64,000 nucleotides of DNA, from NCBI GenBank assembly GCA_977862235.1, contig OZ374560.1, forward strand, positions 1,302,001 through 1,366,000. The letters are read 5' to 3'. The position numbers and the translations under genes are program-made. The notes under the pieces are model-generated. The model ran no database searches, was not told the DNA's origin, and saw nothing but the letters and a program-made list of their open reading frames with translations. Below are positions 1-12,285 of this stretch, piece after piece; within the stretch, counting starts at the first letter, position 1, and each line of letters opens with the position of its first letter. The stretch is from Dudresnaya verticillata (Eukaryota).

Positions 1-1468
1 AATATCAGGTGTGATGTGTACCACAGGTTGCTGAAAGTGCGTTTGCTCCGCCTCGACGATAGAACTGGTATGAAGGAGTGTGAGAAACGACGAGGGTTGT
101 TGGTACGACGGCAGCTTGGATACCAATGAGCCATTCATCGAGATTAATTGTTGGCGTTGTGGATCCAGATCCTTTCAGCCCATTCTGAGAGGGACCGGTA
201 GATCTGTGCTCTGCATTATTATTGCAAAGACCAGGGAGTGAAGAATTGAATGTTCTGCCAAGCCGATTTCGTTCGACAGTAATAATAGAGTCCTATCCGG
301 CCAAATTAAATATCTTCATTGAGACACCAGCAGTACCAGAAGGCACAGACCCGAATTCAGAACCAGAGGCAGATGCTTGTACTGAGGAGGGTAAGACAGG
401 GGGTGTTGGTGGTAGCAGGTATACTGCAACTGCCCCCGCCGCATCTGAATCAACACTGCAGTCAGATCGACTGAATATTGGAAAGGCAGGCGACGAAAAC
501 GGAGGTGTCGCGCGAATCGACTACCTGGAGCAAAGGAAAATCACATGTCTGCAGATGATGTGGCAGAGATACGACTCCTCCGTCCGCAATGAAGGAAGCA
601 CGTCGTTCGACCTTTTGAATACGGACCCCCTATGGTACCAAGAGGTCAGAATCAGGCACAGGCAAGAACTATGACAACTTTCTCAGCGATGAGGAGATCA
701 AGGCCCTTGTCGGGTTCGCCAGAATGGTTGTTGTTCCAGGGGGTGGGTTGTTATCTTTACGTCTTTTCTACTGTTTCCAACGTTTCATGAGGCATTTTGA
801 AGTATCAATTCACGTGCCCTGCGTACCCGTACGTCGTCATGAAAGATACAAAGTCAATGAAAGCACACGGTGGGAACAGGATGCCTCAAAATTCCATGGA
901 AATTGCTGTCTTTGCGAGAGCGCTAGCGGAGCATCCGCAGGGGTTCAAACCGGACCTGTCTGGTAGCTACAACCAGATAACATCATCGGAAAGCCGTCGT
1001 TTCGCTGGCATTTGCCGAGTCCCTGTACCGAAAGACAAACTGCACAAGCCCTCTACAAAGTCCCCAGTCCTCGTGGAGGAGAAGAACCCAAACTCAATAT
1101 CTGAGATGATGGAAACATTCTACGGGAAGAAGGGTCCGTCCTTGGTACTTACAAGGGTACCATGACGACAGCAATTGCAGCGCTACGGACCGGGCGTTCA
1201 TGTACATCAATAGAACAGAATCCTGAAACTTTCCGGCTAGCCCATCAACGACCCATTAGAGATATTACAGAGCAGATTTCAGAAATGTTGTGAGACAAAG
1301 TTCTGATACACGTCGCAACTTGTAATACGTATTTGTGAAGTCGCAAATATCTCGTGACACCCTAGGCAGAATTGTAAGTTGTTAGTGAAGCCGCAGGAGA
1401 AAAGTCCGAGGGTGCAGAAAACGCGCGAAGATGGTCTTGGCCCCGTGCGCTTTAACGTTTCTTGCAAC

Positions 1469-2493
1469 ATGGGTGATCTCTCTACCGCGCCTACGCCAGC
1501 CCACCCCGCCCAACCAAGCCTTTCCCCTATGCATTCCCCTCCCCATTCCAGACACCACATCCCTTCCCCCGACGCCTACCCCTCCCCCCTTCTAGCTCCC
1601 GCATCCCTTACAAAAGCGGAGCAAGCAGCGTTCGCGACCGGCAGTCGCCCCAGCCGAGCAGATCAGAAGCTCGGCCGCCGTTCCCGCTTCTCCAGTGATG
1701 ACAACCTCGTCATAATTCGCGAGGTCGCCGCTGCAAAAGCGCATATAGCGCGGAACTTCGAGACGTGAGAGCGGTTCGAGATAGCTGTCTCGGAGGTCAA
1801 CGCCACCAAGCAACTGCGTGACGCTGTTACTTAGAAAGCGGTACAAGACCGCTACAAGCGTTTACAAGAGCGGTTTGACCGCTACCATCGTATGGAGAGT
1901 CACATGAGCAGGGTTGGGGCGACATTGGGGAGGCAGAAGAGCTTCTCAGCGCAATGCGCGAGGCGCGGAAGGACTTAGAGAAGTCCCGCAACGCCAAACG
2001 CCAGAATCTGGTGGATAAAAAGGAGCGCCTCGGTGCAGTAATCAGGCAGCTTGCGACGCAAAGACGTTGTAATGACCAGGAGGGCAGCTCGGGGGCTGTG
2101 GTTTTAGAGGGAAGTGAGGAGGAAGGCAAAAGCGGAAGTGGAGGTGTGCCGTTAAGTGCCCGGAAGAAGCGCATGGAAACCAACTTCTCGGTCGTTGAAG
2201 ATGTGATAGTTTTGTTTAGCGCGGCTTTAGAAAAGGGGGACGCACGAAGAAATGGGCTTGAGACGAAGCCCTTGTATCTGGAACGCGAACGCTTTGAGGC
2301 GGATACGTTTCAGCGAGAGTTAGCTCGCGTGGAACGCTTAGAAGAGCGCAAAACTGCTCAAGAATTGGAGCTACAAAAGTTTCGACTTATGATGGACGTT
2401 TTCAGGCAGCCAAATCTTCCAAGCGCTCCAACGCTAGACACTGCGAAGCAAACGGAGACTGGACATAAAGTGGTGGACGCAGAAGGCCGTTGA
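1469..2493 (+). pseudogene. Harbinger accessory Myb/SANT-like DNA-binding protein, disrupted
   Basis: RRSRFSSDDNLVIIREV...FET*ERFE...KAVQDRYKRLQERF resembles a Myb/SANT-like trihelix and is followed by a coiled-coil C-terminus (ERERFE...ELELQKFRLMM). It has in-frame stops and a frameshift between ORFs 1379-1768 and 1954-2493. Confidence 0.7.
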
Positions 2494-2556
2494 GGTCCGA
2501 TATTCGCTCGCGATGGACTTATCACCCGCACGTCGGCGACTCCAACAGTGCTTACA

Positions 2557-3746
2557 CTACCCGCGAGAACCCAAGTACTCATCCAAGCTTAGCTAGTCCT
2601 AGGTAGGCGGGTGACAACTAAAGTACTTTGAAATCTGGTTCCCGTACAGACATGTTCTGAAGTTTTGCAGGAGCATCCTCGCTATGTACATAGTTCCTAC
2701 CGGGGCTTGTAGTATGCGGAGCTTGCAGCGGTAGTCCATGGTCGTCCAGTACATCTTGAGCTCTTTGAAATACCACTACATTGTAATCCGCCCAGTAGCC
2801 ATTGCCAGGTTGAACGCACGTTGATCTGCGTTCAGTGCAGAGCCCTGGAACGGGACTATAAGTCAAACAAGCGGGTTGTACCCGCTGTCCCCATATAGAT
2901 AGTACTGCCTGTCTTGCACCAAGAGGCAACTCTCCAGCTGTGCGTCCATTTCGGAGCGTGTGTACAACGCCCAGTCTTGTCGCCTCCCCTCCACAGGTCC
3001 ATAACCGTGCAACAGTATTCCGTCTGGGCAAACCACGGCTTGAAACGTTAGTGCATGGAACCGTTTGTGACCGTTTTATACAACATTCTGCAGCCCATCA
3101 TTCGTAGGTTGTGCAAATTCTATGTTGGTGCCATCAATGAACCCTATAAAGTTCTCCAAAGCATGAGTCTTCTCATGTACAGCTTTTGCGTACTCTTCAC
3201 CTCTTTCGGCGATGAAGGCAGCATTAATAGGTGCGGTGACGAGGTTTTCGTGTTTGTCTACGAACTCATCTATGCTCTCCCAGAACAACGCATACAACTG
3301 AGGTGCGTGCTTCCGGAAGAACATCTCGCGGTCCGCCCACCTATACAGAGTGGCAAGACGGCTTAGGAGAACGCATGTGGCCAGGAGCGGGTTAGCCGTG
3401 TAACGCTTGCGGTTTGTAAGAAACACACCCGATTTATTGCATATGATAGGAACGAGCCACTGCACGTCGGCCTTAAGAAAGCGAAAGTGGGACAAGCATG
3501 TATGGTCGAAAAGGTTAGTAAAGATGGCGTCGAACGTTTCTGTAGATATCACCTGATTGTGTCTTAGGAAAGCTGCGTAGTTCATGTGGTGTCTTGCAAA
3601 GCGCCTGTACGCTGCAAGGCTTATAGCAGATTCGAAATGTATCCATGGACTCTGCGGTGGATTAGGAAGGTGATGATATAGCGCCAGGTCTTGACACCGG
3701 GCCGAGCGACTGCTTTATTGTTGTTGCCCAATGTTGCCCTCGCCAT
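2557..3746 (-). pseudogene. PIF/Harbinger DDE transposase (DDE_Tnp_4/HARBI1-like), disrupted
   Basis: Reading through stops gives FRFLKAD, LSRLATLYRW, FIGFIDGT, NGHKRFHALTFQAVVCPDG, GPVEGRRQD, YLYGDSGY, WYFKELKMYW and CLYGNQISKYF, which are collinear Harbinger transposase motifs. Confidence 0.88.
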
Positions 3747-5130
3747 GATGTCGAGAATGAATTGGCGCAGGGTGGCGCGGGACGAGCAGGAGGGCGGGGA
3801 GCGGAGCAAGGGTGGGCCGGTTTAGGGGGTTCGGTTTTGGTTTGCGGCTGTGTGTTGGGTGTGGGGAGGCTCAGAAGCAGCTGCTTCGGCCTAGGCCGAC
3901 CACTTGCGCGAGGAGTAACGCGAGAGGCGGAGAGGACGCGCGGGGTGGCGGGGGCGGGGCGGCGGGGGCGGGGTCTGCGGGGGCAGCAGGGTTGGCAGCT
4001 GATGGCTCCTTCTTCTTTATATGGCTTGGGAGTGGGCGGCTCAGAAGCAGGCGGACCACATGCGGCGGCGGTGGTGGCGGGCGGGTCGTTCTTCTTCCCG
4101 GGAGGTGGGGCGTCGCGGGGCGGGCCGGAGCGGGGCAAGGGACGGATCGAGCTGTGGCGCCGGGCGTCGGCGGCGGCGGTGGCGGCGGCGGCGTCGGCGG
4201 TGGAGCGTCCGTGGCTGGCGACAGCGGGGGCGCGTGCAGGCGGGCCACGGACAAGCGGTGCTCGGACGGCTTGGGCGCGGGGTCGAGTGGGGAAGGGGCA
4301 GGGCGGGCGGGAGCGGAGACCCCGCGCGGTCGAACAGGGGATGAAGGGTGATGCATATTACTCCTGCTACTACTCCTGTAATTCAGTTGGCCAGGTTGCG
4401 TAAAGTCACTTCCGTAAATATTATTTCAGACTTCTTAAACTCCATTCTGTCTTGCTACTTCGTGAAGGATGTCTGAAATGTGTCAGAATTCTTCTACTGC
4501 GTAATATCCCTATTGGTCCGGCGAAGAACGAAATCGAAGCTAAGATGACGAAGGAAGTATTCGGTGGAGCTAAACGAGCTTTGCAACAGCAAAACACGCG
4601 AACTAAGGAGACCGATGGTAACGTCAGTGGAGGTCAAGGAGATGGAATCAGCGCGGGGGCGGCCGGTACAGGACTGAAGCCAAAGGAAATATCCGAGGAT
4701 GCGGTAGCAAGAGAAAGACTTGACGCAGCAAAACGCGTACTGCAGAAAAGTACGGATAATCACGAGGAGCCTATCTGGATGAGAGCAAGACCGGAAGGGG
4801 GAGATGGCGCTGAAGAGGATGAAAGTGAAATTGCACCAGTCGCCGGTAAGGGCAGGCCGGAATCGGGCTCATTACCAGGATCCCTTGTCACGTGCGACAT
4901 TGTGACGGTATGTCGCGCCAACTGATGCGTATCGAACAACAGATGGTTGCCGGACAACTGATGGATGGTGCAAGACAGTCTTGTCACTGCATACTGGGGA
5001 ATGCAGTGTTAGGGACAGAACCACGAGGTGGAAGTGAATACGTGCTAGTAGTCGTTGAGAAGCCGGATCACCTGCTGCTTTTAACAGAATTCCGGCGGAG
5101 GCTACTGTCCAAAGACTGTTACGCAGCTAC

Positions 5131-5508
5131 CTACAAAGTTGGTTCCGGTGGGCAATTTGCCCATTCGCATTCAGGCGGGTAGCAGTTGCTGTGCCCAGAC
5201 ATCTTGCAATCAAGGCAAATAACTCTATCTCTATTGCTTCTGTAACGGGGCCACCTCCTGAAGACCTTGGAGGAGTTCCCGACATTAGTACTGGCACTTG
5301 GTGATTTAGGGTCTCCGTTCGTGGCGGCGGTCTGTGCTACAGAAGAGGCAGCTTTCAGGGCCCCGCGACGCTCTTCCTCCTCATAAACCTTCTTCTGAAA
5401 GCTGGGAAAGATTGTGCTGTCGTGTAAGGTAAATCCGAGATCTTCCAGACCATCAATATGTTTCCCTTCTTCTTCCACTGTAATCCTCACAGTGATTATG
5501 GGATCCAC
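5131..5508 (-). other. Possible retroelement-derived fragment with a zinc-knuckle-like motif
   Basis: CLDCKMSGHSNC resembles a CX2CX4HXnC knuckle. The flanks are degraded and no family can be assigned. Confidence 0.3.
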
Positions 5509-8500
5509 ATCAACGCGCTAAATAGGTCCGGCAACGGATTCACCAGGAAGATACATGTCCTGCACTGCCCAGGAGCCTTTCGCGGTGCTTTCCGCAGCAG
5601 TTGTAGTCACATTGTCCCCTACAGCTGGGAAATGTTCAAGATCTCCCCTCTCGCGTTTAACGCCAACAGATGACATAGCTTTCAGAATTCTTTCCGGGCG
5701 AAACGGTTGAACCTGATAGTCCCCCAAAATGAGCGCTCGCTATGGTAAGTGCAGCACTGCGCGGTGAGAGAACAACACCTCAGATACAAATTCAGCCCGC
5801 CCTTTCCTCGACAGTGTTCAACCCGAAAATAGGTACAATAAAATTGATCGAGTTGTCAGTAATAACGCACCACAGGTGCCATGTAAGCAGATGGGCCGTG
5901 CGCAGGGATGTTGAACACTTCACAGTGTCCAAGGGCAGCCCGGGCCCGGTGGCAAATTGCGGCAAGCCGGGCCTGGCCCGCGGGCCATTAGCGGGGCCCA
6001 GGGGCAATTTCTGAGAAAAATTTCCGGAAATGTTCAGAGGCAATTCGGGACATTTCAGGGGCGCATTTAGCTGTGTGCGGACGACTATAACTTCAGAACG
6101 GCTAGGCTTTAGAGCACGAGGTTTCCTCCGTTGTTTTCAGCTCGTTCTCCTCTGTCGAGTGAAAGTAAGAAAAGGGGTGTTTCTGATTCTGTTCAAATTG
6201 GAAAATTCTGAAGCTTTAAAAGTCGGTATTATTGGTGGAGGCTTGACCAGGTGATTCCAGTTCTTCTACCCCCAGGCGTTCGGAGGGTGGAGCAAAGACT
6301 TCGGGTCCTCAACTGGAGAGACAATCGGGTCTACTCTGTCTTCTGATCACAACGGGAACTACTATTAGAGGGAGTTGATATCTTAGAGCAACAGGGGCTT
6401 TGGTGGGTTGATTTTCTTCAGTATGCACTTAGATTAGGATATTATTCGTCCTCTTATCGGCTCACGAATCTGGTGGATCCTAGGTAGGGCGACCAAATGT
6501 AAGGAAACACCTTTTCGGGTCTCTTGCGTAGTCAAGGAGTGCACTCAACGAGATAGGCACAGAGCGGGTATGTGGTAGCGGTGGTAGAGCGGGAGGAGCC
6601 GAGGGTTGACGAATGGCCATAAAATAGACGGAAAAACGATACTGAAGGTGGTTCACTGGGCGGGCGGCTAACCGGGCACGAGTGACGGGTGTGTGACGGT
6701 GCCAATGGCTTGTAGAATAAGCGTGGACTGAAAGGTCCTGAACTTTACTGTGCAGTGATAGCTCCGTGAGATACCCCTATATGGTACCCCGAGGGTCAGG
6801 TAGAAACGCTCATACTGGGCTATATGTACGCCCCCTATCCTAAGCTGTAATTTCTAAAATAGATAGACCGATACTAAGCTACTGGCCTACAGGGCAGCAC
6901 TTGGACCAATCAGAGGCTAAAACGTTTGTTCCTGCTGGCGACCCATAAGTATCGCTATTTCGACGCATACATGTAGGTAGAGTTCTCGCTTCTGTAAGCC
7001 CTTCACTGTAGTACAGGAAGTGCTGAACAAAATGTCTCGGATACTGCTCTGGAGATCTTCGAGATACCGAACATTACACCGCCCAACGAAGCTGATCACG
7101 CTGTGCTAGACGCCCTTCGCCCGTTTATTGTGGAGTTTCCACTCAACGGTTCTGTACAAAATGTCAAGATGCTCGTAGATGTCAAGACAATGATGAAGGC
7201 GTCACCTGATGTCGTTTACTCTCTGTATCGGTTACTATGGGCGAAAGGTCTACAGTTTGGGGAACGCTTTCCCAGAACGTTTATGAAAGATGTTCTGGCT
7301 GAGACTATGTACCGCTCTGAAGTGGAAGAACTTTTGGAGCTGAGTGATGACGATGAGAATGTCTCAATGTCAGTTCTCCTCCACAAAGGTGCAACACAGC
7401 AACAACACCTGACAGTAACGGTCTATATATACATATTATATATAACCGCGCCCCCCCAAAAGCTTCTGCTCATCCTTATTGGATGCCATTAGTATCCCTG
7501 TGGTGCAAACCGCGGTGGGACTGATGCATGAGCGTCAGGCTGCGGAGGGTGACACGAGCAAGCGAAGAAGGGCATTCAGATCCCGGGCCGGCTTAGCCGA
7601 GTTTACTGTGACGTCCTCAGACGGACTAAGTATTACTGCCATTACACGCGTGCATACGCATTGCGGCGCATGTACAGGATCCCAGGATGCGCGTCATCAC
7701 GCCGTGTGTCTGGCAAGTTCCGTTGCGGTGCAGCCGTAGTGCTGACAGATCCGCGCGTCGCCGCACGCAGTGCATCAATGCTTACACCTACACGTGACCA
7801 CGATAGGCCCTTGCAATGCGGTTCCGCGATCAAATTGCGCGCGTGCATGATCCGGTTGTGCCCTATCGTGCGCATGCCCGCGTGTACCACGTGTACGCGT
7901 GTGGTTCCGTTTGCCGCGACATCCACCTTCGGCGTGTCGCCACACCTGAGCCGCGGCCGAACTGGCCACGATTTGTACACCTGTAGCGGGTCCGCGAAGC
8001 GAGCGGGTTCGCGCCAACGCCAACTGGGCAGTTACGAAATCAACAACGCCAAGCGGCGGTAGACGCCCGCCATCGACGGCTCTTCACGCCAGCGGCAGTA
8101 ACTATTTCAAGGGCACCGCGCGCGTGGTTCGCACCACAAACGCCCCCGAAAACTGAACCTCCTTCGGGACACTTTGGCCGGGCGTATGGAATCCCACTAC
8201 CGCTTTCAAACCCTTGTGGTTATCGGGACTCGTCGGGGACCTCGCAAAGTACTACGGAACACCTCGCGCAAGGTACTCTGTTCGCCCATGAGCAACCAAA
8301 GTCGGTCTATGCATCATGCTACGCAGTACAGTCAGGCACAATTTTGTAACCTAACAGCTACACAAGGACTGAAAGTACTGATGAAAATGATGGAAACACT
8401 AGGTTTGGCCCTCATTTTTATACAGAGAGATCAGGGACAAGGCTACCCGCTCGCCGAGGCATTCGATAAGCTGTACACGTGGGATCGACACCACTCCACA

Positions 8501-10919
8501 CTTGATGGACTGCTACGTCAATGGAGGTCGCTAAGCAATATTTCGTTCAAGGCCGAAGATATCACATGGGCCATCGCCATGGAGAACTTCTACAGCCGTG
8601 CTGTAATGATACAAGCTAAGCTTGAAGTTGTTCACAAGCACCCTGTGCACCTAATTGCGGTATTACAATCGGGTGTCGGCGCCCAACCCTTCTACATGTC
8701 CGTGCAACGCGCAAAGACTACCAAATATTTTCACGCCTACTTTCAAGATTTCCTCAGCTCTATTGCAAAGCAATAGTACATGGAGATCATCGATGCTTGT
8801 CATAATGTGGAGCCACACTACAGGATGTCTCGGGTACTGTCTCATAGTAACCCACCATCAATGTCTGCTGCAAGTGGTCCATACTCTGCCTCGACCAAGG
8901 CTACCCGCCGTGCATATCTGCCAGTACTTCGGAAACGTCTAATTTGCTCTCTGTCTTCTACTCCCAAGCTTCACGCCGTTATGTTAACAGTAATTGTAAA
9001 CCAAAGGTCAAGCTTCTGCGTGATGTGATGGACAAGGATCACTAGACCGCCCCTCAATTGATGGATCATCAACAGTTCCAAGGCAACCGACGAATGTTGA
9101 AAACGTTCAAAGCAAAGGCTAGCTGCACGACTATCGCTTTTGTCGAATTCCGCAGCATTAGAAAAAGAGTCGAGTGTCAAACCGGGTCTAATGTTAGATT
9201 TAGTAGTTTTGATTTTTGAGTGGCTGTCGAACGCCGACGCCGGCGCCGGCGCATCTCACGCGGAGCCCTACTCATACCCGGGATCCATGCCCTCCCTCCA
9301 GAAAACTATCCCCTAGACAAAGAGGAGGAAGGAGTAAAGCACCCAGACGCCGAGCAGTATCGGCCGGTGCAAAGCTCTTTTCTTCCCTCGCCCCGCCTAG
9401 CTCCGCCTCGCAGTAACCTGCTCCCCCTCGCCAACGGCCTCACTGCCATTCGTGCTACCCTACCGCCGCCGCCATTAGGCGACAACTGTTTATGCCAAAC
9501 TACTGCGTGCGGGCGAATATTTAAACGATTATTTTATTGTGAATCCTACTGCATGTGGGCGGATTTTAACCAAAACATCACTTTATTGTGAACCGTACTG
9601 CTAAACAGACCTCAGAGATTTCCAGTCACAGAATACGCGCGGTAACTGGATCCAAATTCAATCCTCCAGAATAGTTCCTGCGCTCGCAGCCAGCGTATGA
9701 AAACATGCTGAAGAATAGATAATTGCATGCTGTAAGAGTTTCCTATCATACTTAGTCCGGTCAGAACAGCTTTGCATGATGCAAAGTATTTGCATTAAGT
9801 GAATATTGCCGGGAAATGTTCAGAACAAGCGGCAGCCCCCAAATGGGGGCAAGCGGTGGAAAGTATTTTCCCATCGCCGGTGATGGATTGCACCATCAAC
9901 GAGGCCACCCCAGTGAACCAAAAGGTAGTCTCCAGACCGCTGTGGGAGAATGAGCCAGTTGGGGCTCTGACCTGTACACGTGGCGTGCGCCTGAAATGCG
10001 CGAGTAATGTTGCGCGTTCCATACGCCTGTAATTCGCGATGCGTGCTGCCGTGCTGTAAGTGCCAGCACTTTTCTACACGCACTGCATGGCTTTGCTGGA
10101 AATAGCATTGTGCCATTACATGGCTTGGTGTTATTGGCCGACTAATTCTAGTCGCGCGCGCAGGATCGCGCCCTCCTTATGGGCATGGTACGTGCGCAAG
10201 GGCGGGCGGGGTACGATCGCTAACTCATTAACTGTAATTTCTACGCTAACTGGATAGCTTCGAATAGGAATGGCGGCAAAGGCGCTTTGGGCCTTCGCCA
10301 TATCTATTGCGGCCCTGAACAGCAGGATTTTGCTGAATAGAACCCACGCTGGGTTTCGGGTCTGTACCATTTTTCTGGTCTCAAACGGGTTCAACGTAAA
10401 TTTACCCCTATCGGGTGCTTTACGAGCCCTCGTTGCGTATGACTCTGTACTGTACCTATACTAGGGTGGGGCTGCCCCTTTTCCCCTTTCCTTCAGGTTC
10501 GTTTTCCTGTTTCCCGAGTCTCTACCAACTATTCCAGAGCTACCCTAGGTATGGTGTGTGCGTTTCAGGACAGCTTTCCTCTCTACTTCGCGGACTACTG
10601 GCTCTTCGCGCCATACTACTACATCCACTCCCAACAGCGTGTGTCACACAGCAACCACAACATCCATGGCTCGACTACCTGGGGCTCGTCGCCTCTGCAC
10701 ACTCACCGTGCTGCAGAATCTGAAGACCATCGGTGAGCGGGAGAGAAGAATCACCAACCGCAGGGCTAAGCCACTTCCACTCTACCTGAATTGACGCCGT
10801 GCCTCTTTCGCCTACTTCGTTAGCCAAGCCAGCCTGCTATTTCTAGGATCGTCAACAAAATTCACCCGTCCTCAGCTTTTTGCTTCTGCCGTGTGCCAAA
10901 GCATCAAGTTGGGAGAATG

Positions 10920-12285
10920 CGAGCTGCTCGAAACAGCATTGCTTTCACGGGTTAGCGCTCCGTTTGAAGTTCGGCCCTAGATCACCCGGGGTATGATCCA
11001 TGAGAAAGCAGCAAGGATACATTCGCTTATGAACGAGAGGCGACCTTCCCCCAAACAGAAGTGCTTGAAGTTCAGTGATAGGTGGATGACCCGTTTTCAA
11101 AGTGGATGTAATCTTCGGTTCCTGAAATCGGATGGGGAGAGTGGCGATGCGCAGAATCAGGAAATTGAGAGGGAATTGCCCAAGATAAAGCGGTTCCTTC
11201 GTTTGTGCAAACCGGAAGGCATATTCAAAACTGGTGAGTTTCGTATGTTCTACCGAAAGACCCCGGACCGCACAGTTGAACCTGAACGCCTGCCAGGCAT
11301 AGAAATCGAGAAGGCAACACTTACGTATCTGTGCTGTATCAACGCTACCCAAACAGACAAAATTCCATTGATGTGTGTCGGGAAAGCTGAAAAACGGCGT
11401 TGCTTCAATAAAAGAGTGACAAACAGTTAGGCTTTGACTACTTCAACAACCGTAGAGCCTAGATGAGCGCATCCATATCTTTGGACTGGTTGTTGCGCTC
11501 TTCTTCGTTTAGCACTCGGTCGGATGCCTCAAGAAACGCTGCTTTTTATTCGACAACTGTTTGGCTCACGGAGGTGAGGATTGTTTAACTCCGCTTGAAA
11601 CCGTAGATGTTTGTTTTCTTCCGCCGAAAACTACTTCTAATATTCAGCCGAGGGCTGCTGGAATTATTGCGGCAATGAAGCTAAGATACGGAAACATTCA
11701 GTATAAGCATGCGGTGGATAGACTGGATGCCCGGGTGTGCGACTTGTACAAAGTTGATCAATTGACATTGATGCGTTGGATGAGGGACAAATGGGACCAG
11801 CTTCCTTCGTCCCTGATCAAGAACTGCTTTTGGCACACAGGGCTGATGCGTGATATGGGCCCTGAGCAGCCAACACAACCTTCGAATGAGATAGAAGTAG
11901 CAGAAGTTTTAACGTCGCCGAGAGGTCTAGTTCCTGACCCTCAACAGCGGACTATGTGCATTCAAGATATTGTTAACGCTGTGGCCGAACAGGATTGTTT
12001 CGAAAACATCGATGTTGCAGAGCTTGCAGTAAAATCTGTCGCTTCAATTACGGGACCGGTTCGATACCAGAATGTGGTTCAGAATGTGAACAAGACACGT
12101 TCGTTTCTCTTAGAATCTCTTTTAAAGAGAATTGTCGATGTGTTGTAGTCACCCGGAACCTTCTCGAGCACAAAAACATTTACGATCAGCAGGTGAGCGT
12201 TCGGCTGCAATCATTACAGTGCCAGTTAAAAAGGGAAGAAGCAGAGGGCCTTTCGCAGACTAAGAAAATTTCCTTCTATACTTAG
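10920..12285 (+). pseudogene. pogo/Tigger-type (Tc1/mariner superfamily; HTH_Tnp_Tc5 + DDE_1) transposase remnant
   Basis: IHEKA...KFSDRWMTRFQ...GESGD is a CENP-B/Tc5-type HTH. Later motifs are TYLCCINAT, PLMCVGKAEKRRCF, DNCLAH, FLPPKTTSNIQP..AGIIAAMKLRY and W..LPSSLIKNCF. Stops and frameshifts are present. Confidence 0.88.

Larger units (their letters stand above)
1361..4452. mobile_element. Degenerate PIF/Harbinger DNA transposon (two convergent genes); boundaries uncertain
   Basis: A Myb/SANT-like ORF (+) converges on a DDE_Tnp_4-like transposase (-), the standard two-gene Harbinger layout. Only a weak TIR candidate is visible (AGGCAGAAT near 1363 vs ATTCTGTCT near 4444). Confidence 0.7.

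Noticed and set aside
222..1165. Functional host genes, also at 6900-10900 and 12300-16000
   Set aside because: Short broken ORFs with no recognisable motifs amid TE debris. They are probably decayed repeats, but I cannot assign families.
3662..4403. Several overlapping long ORFs in the GC-rich tract
   Set aside because: Open frames are explained by stop-codon scarcity, and the translations are low complexity with no domain.
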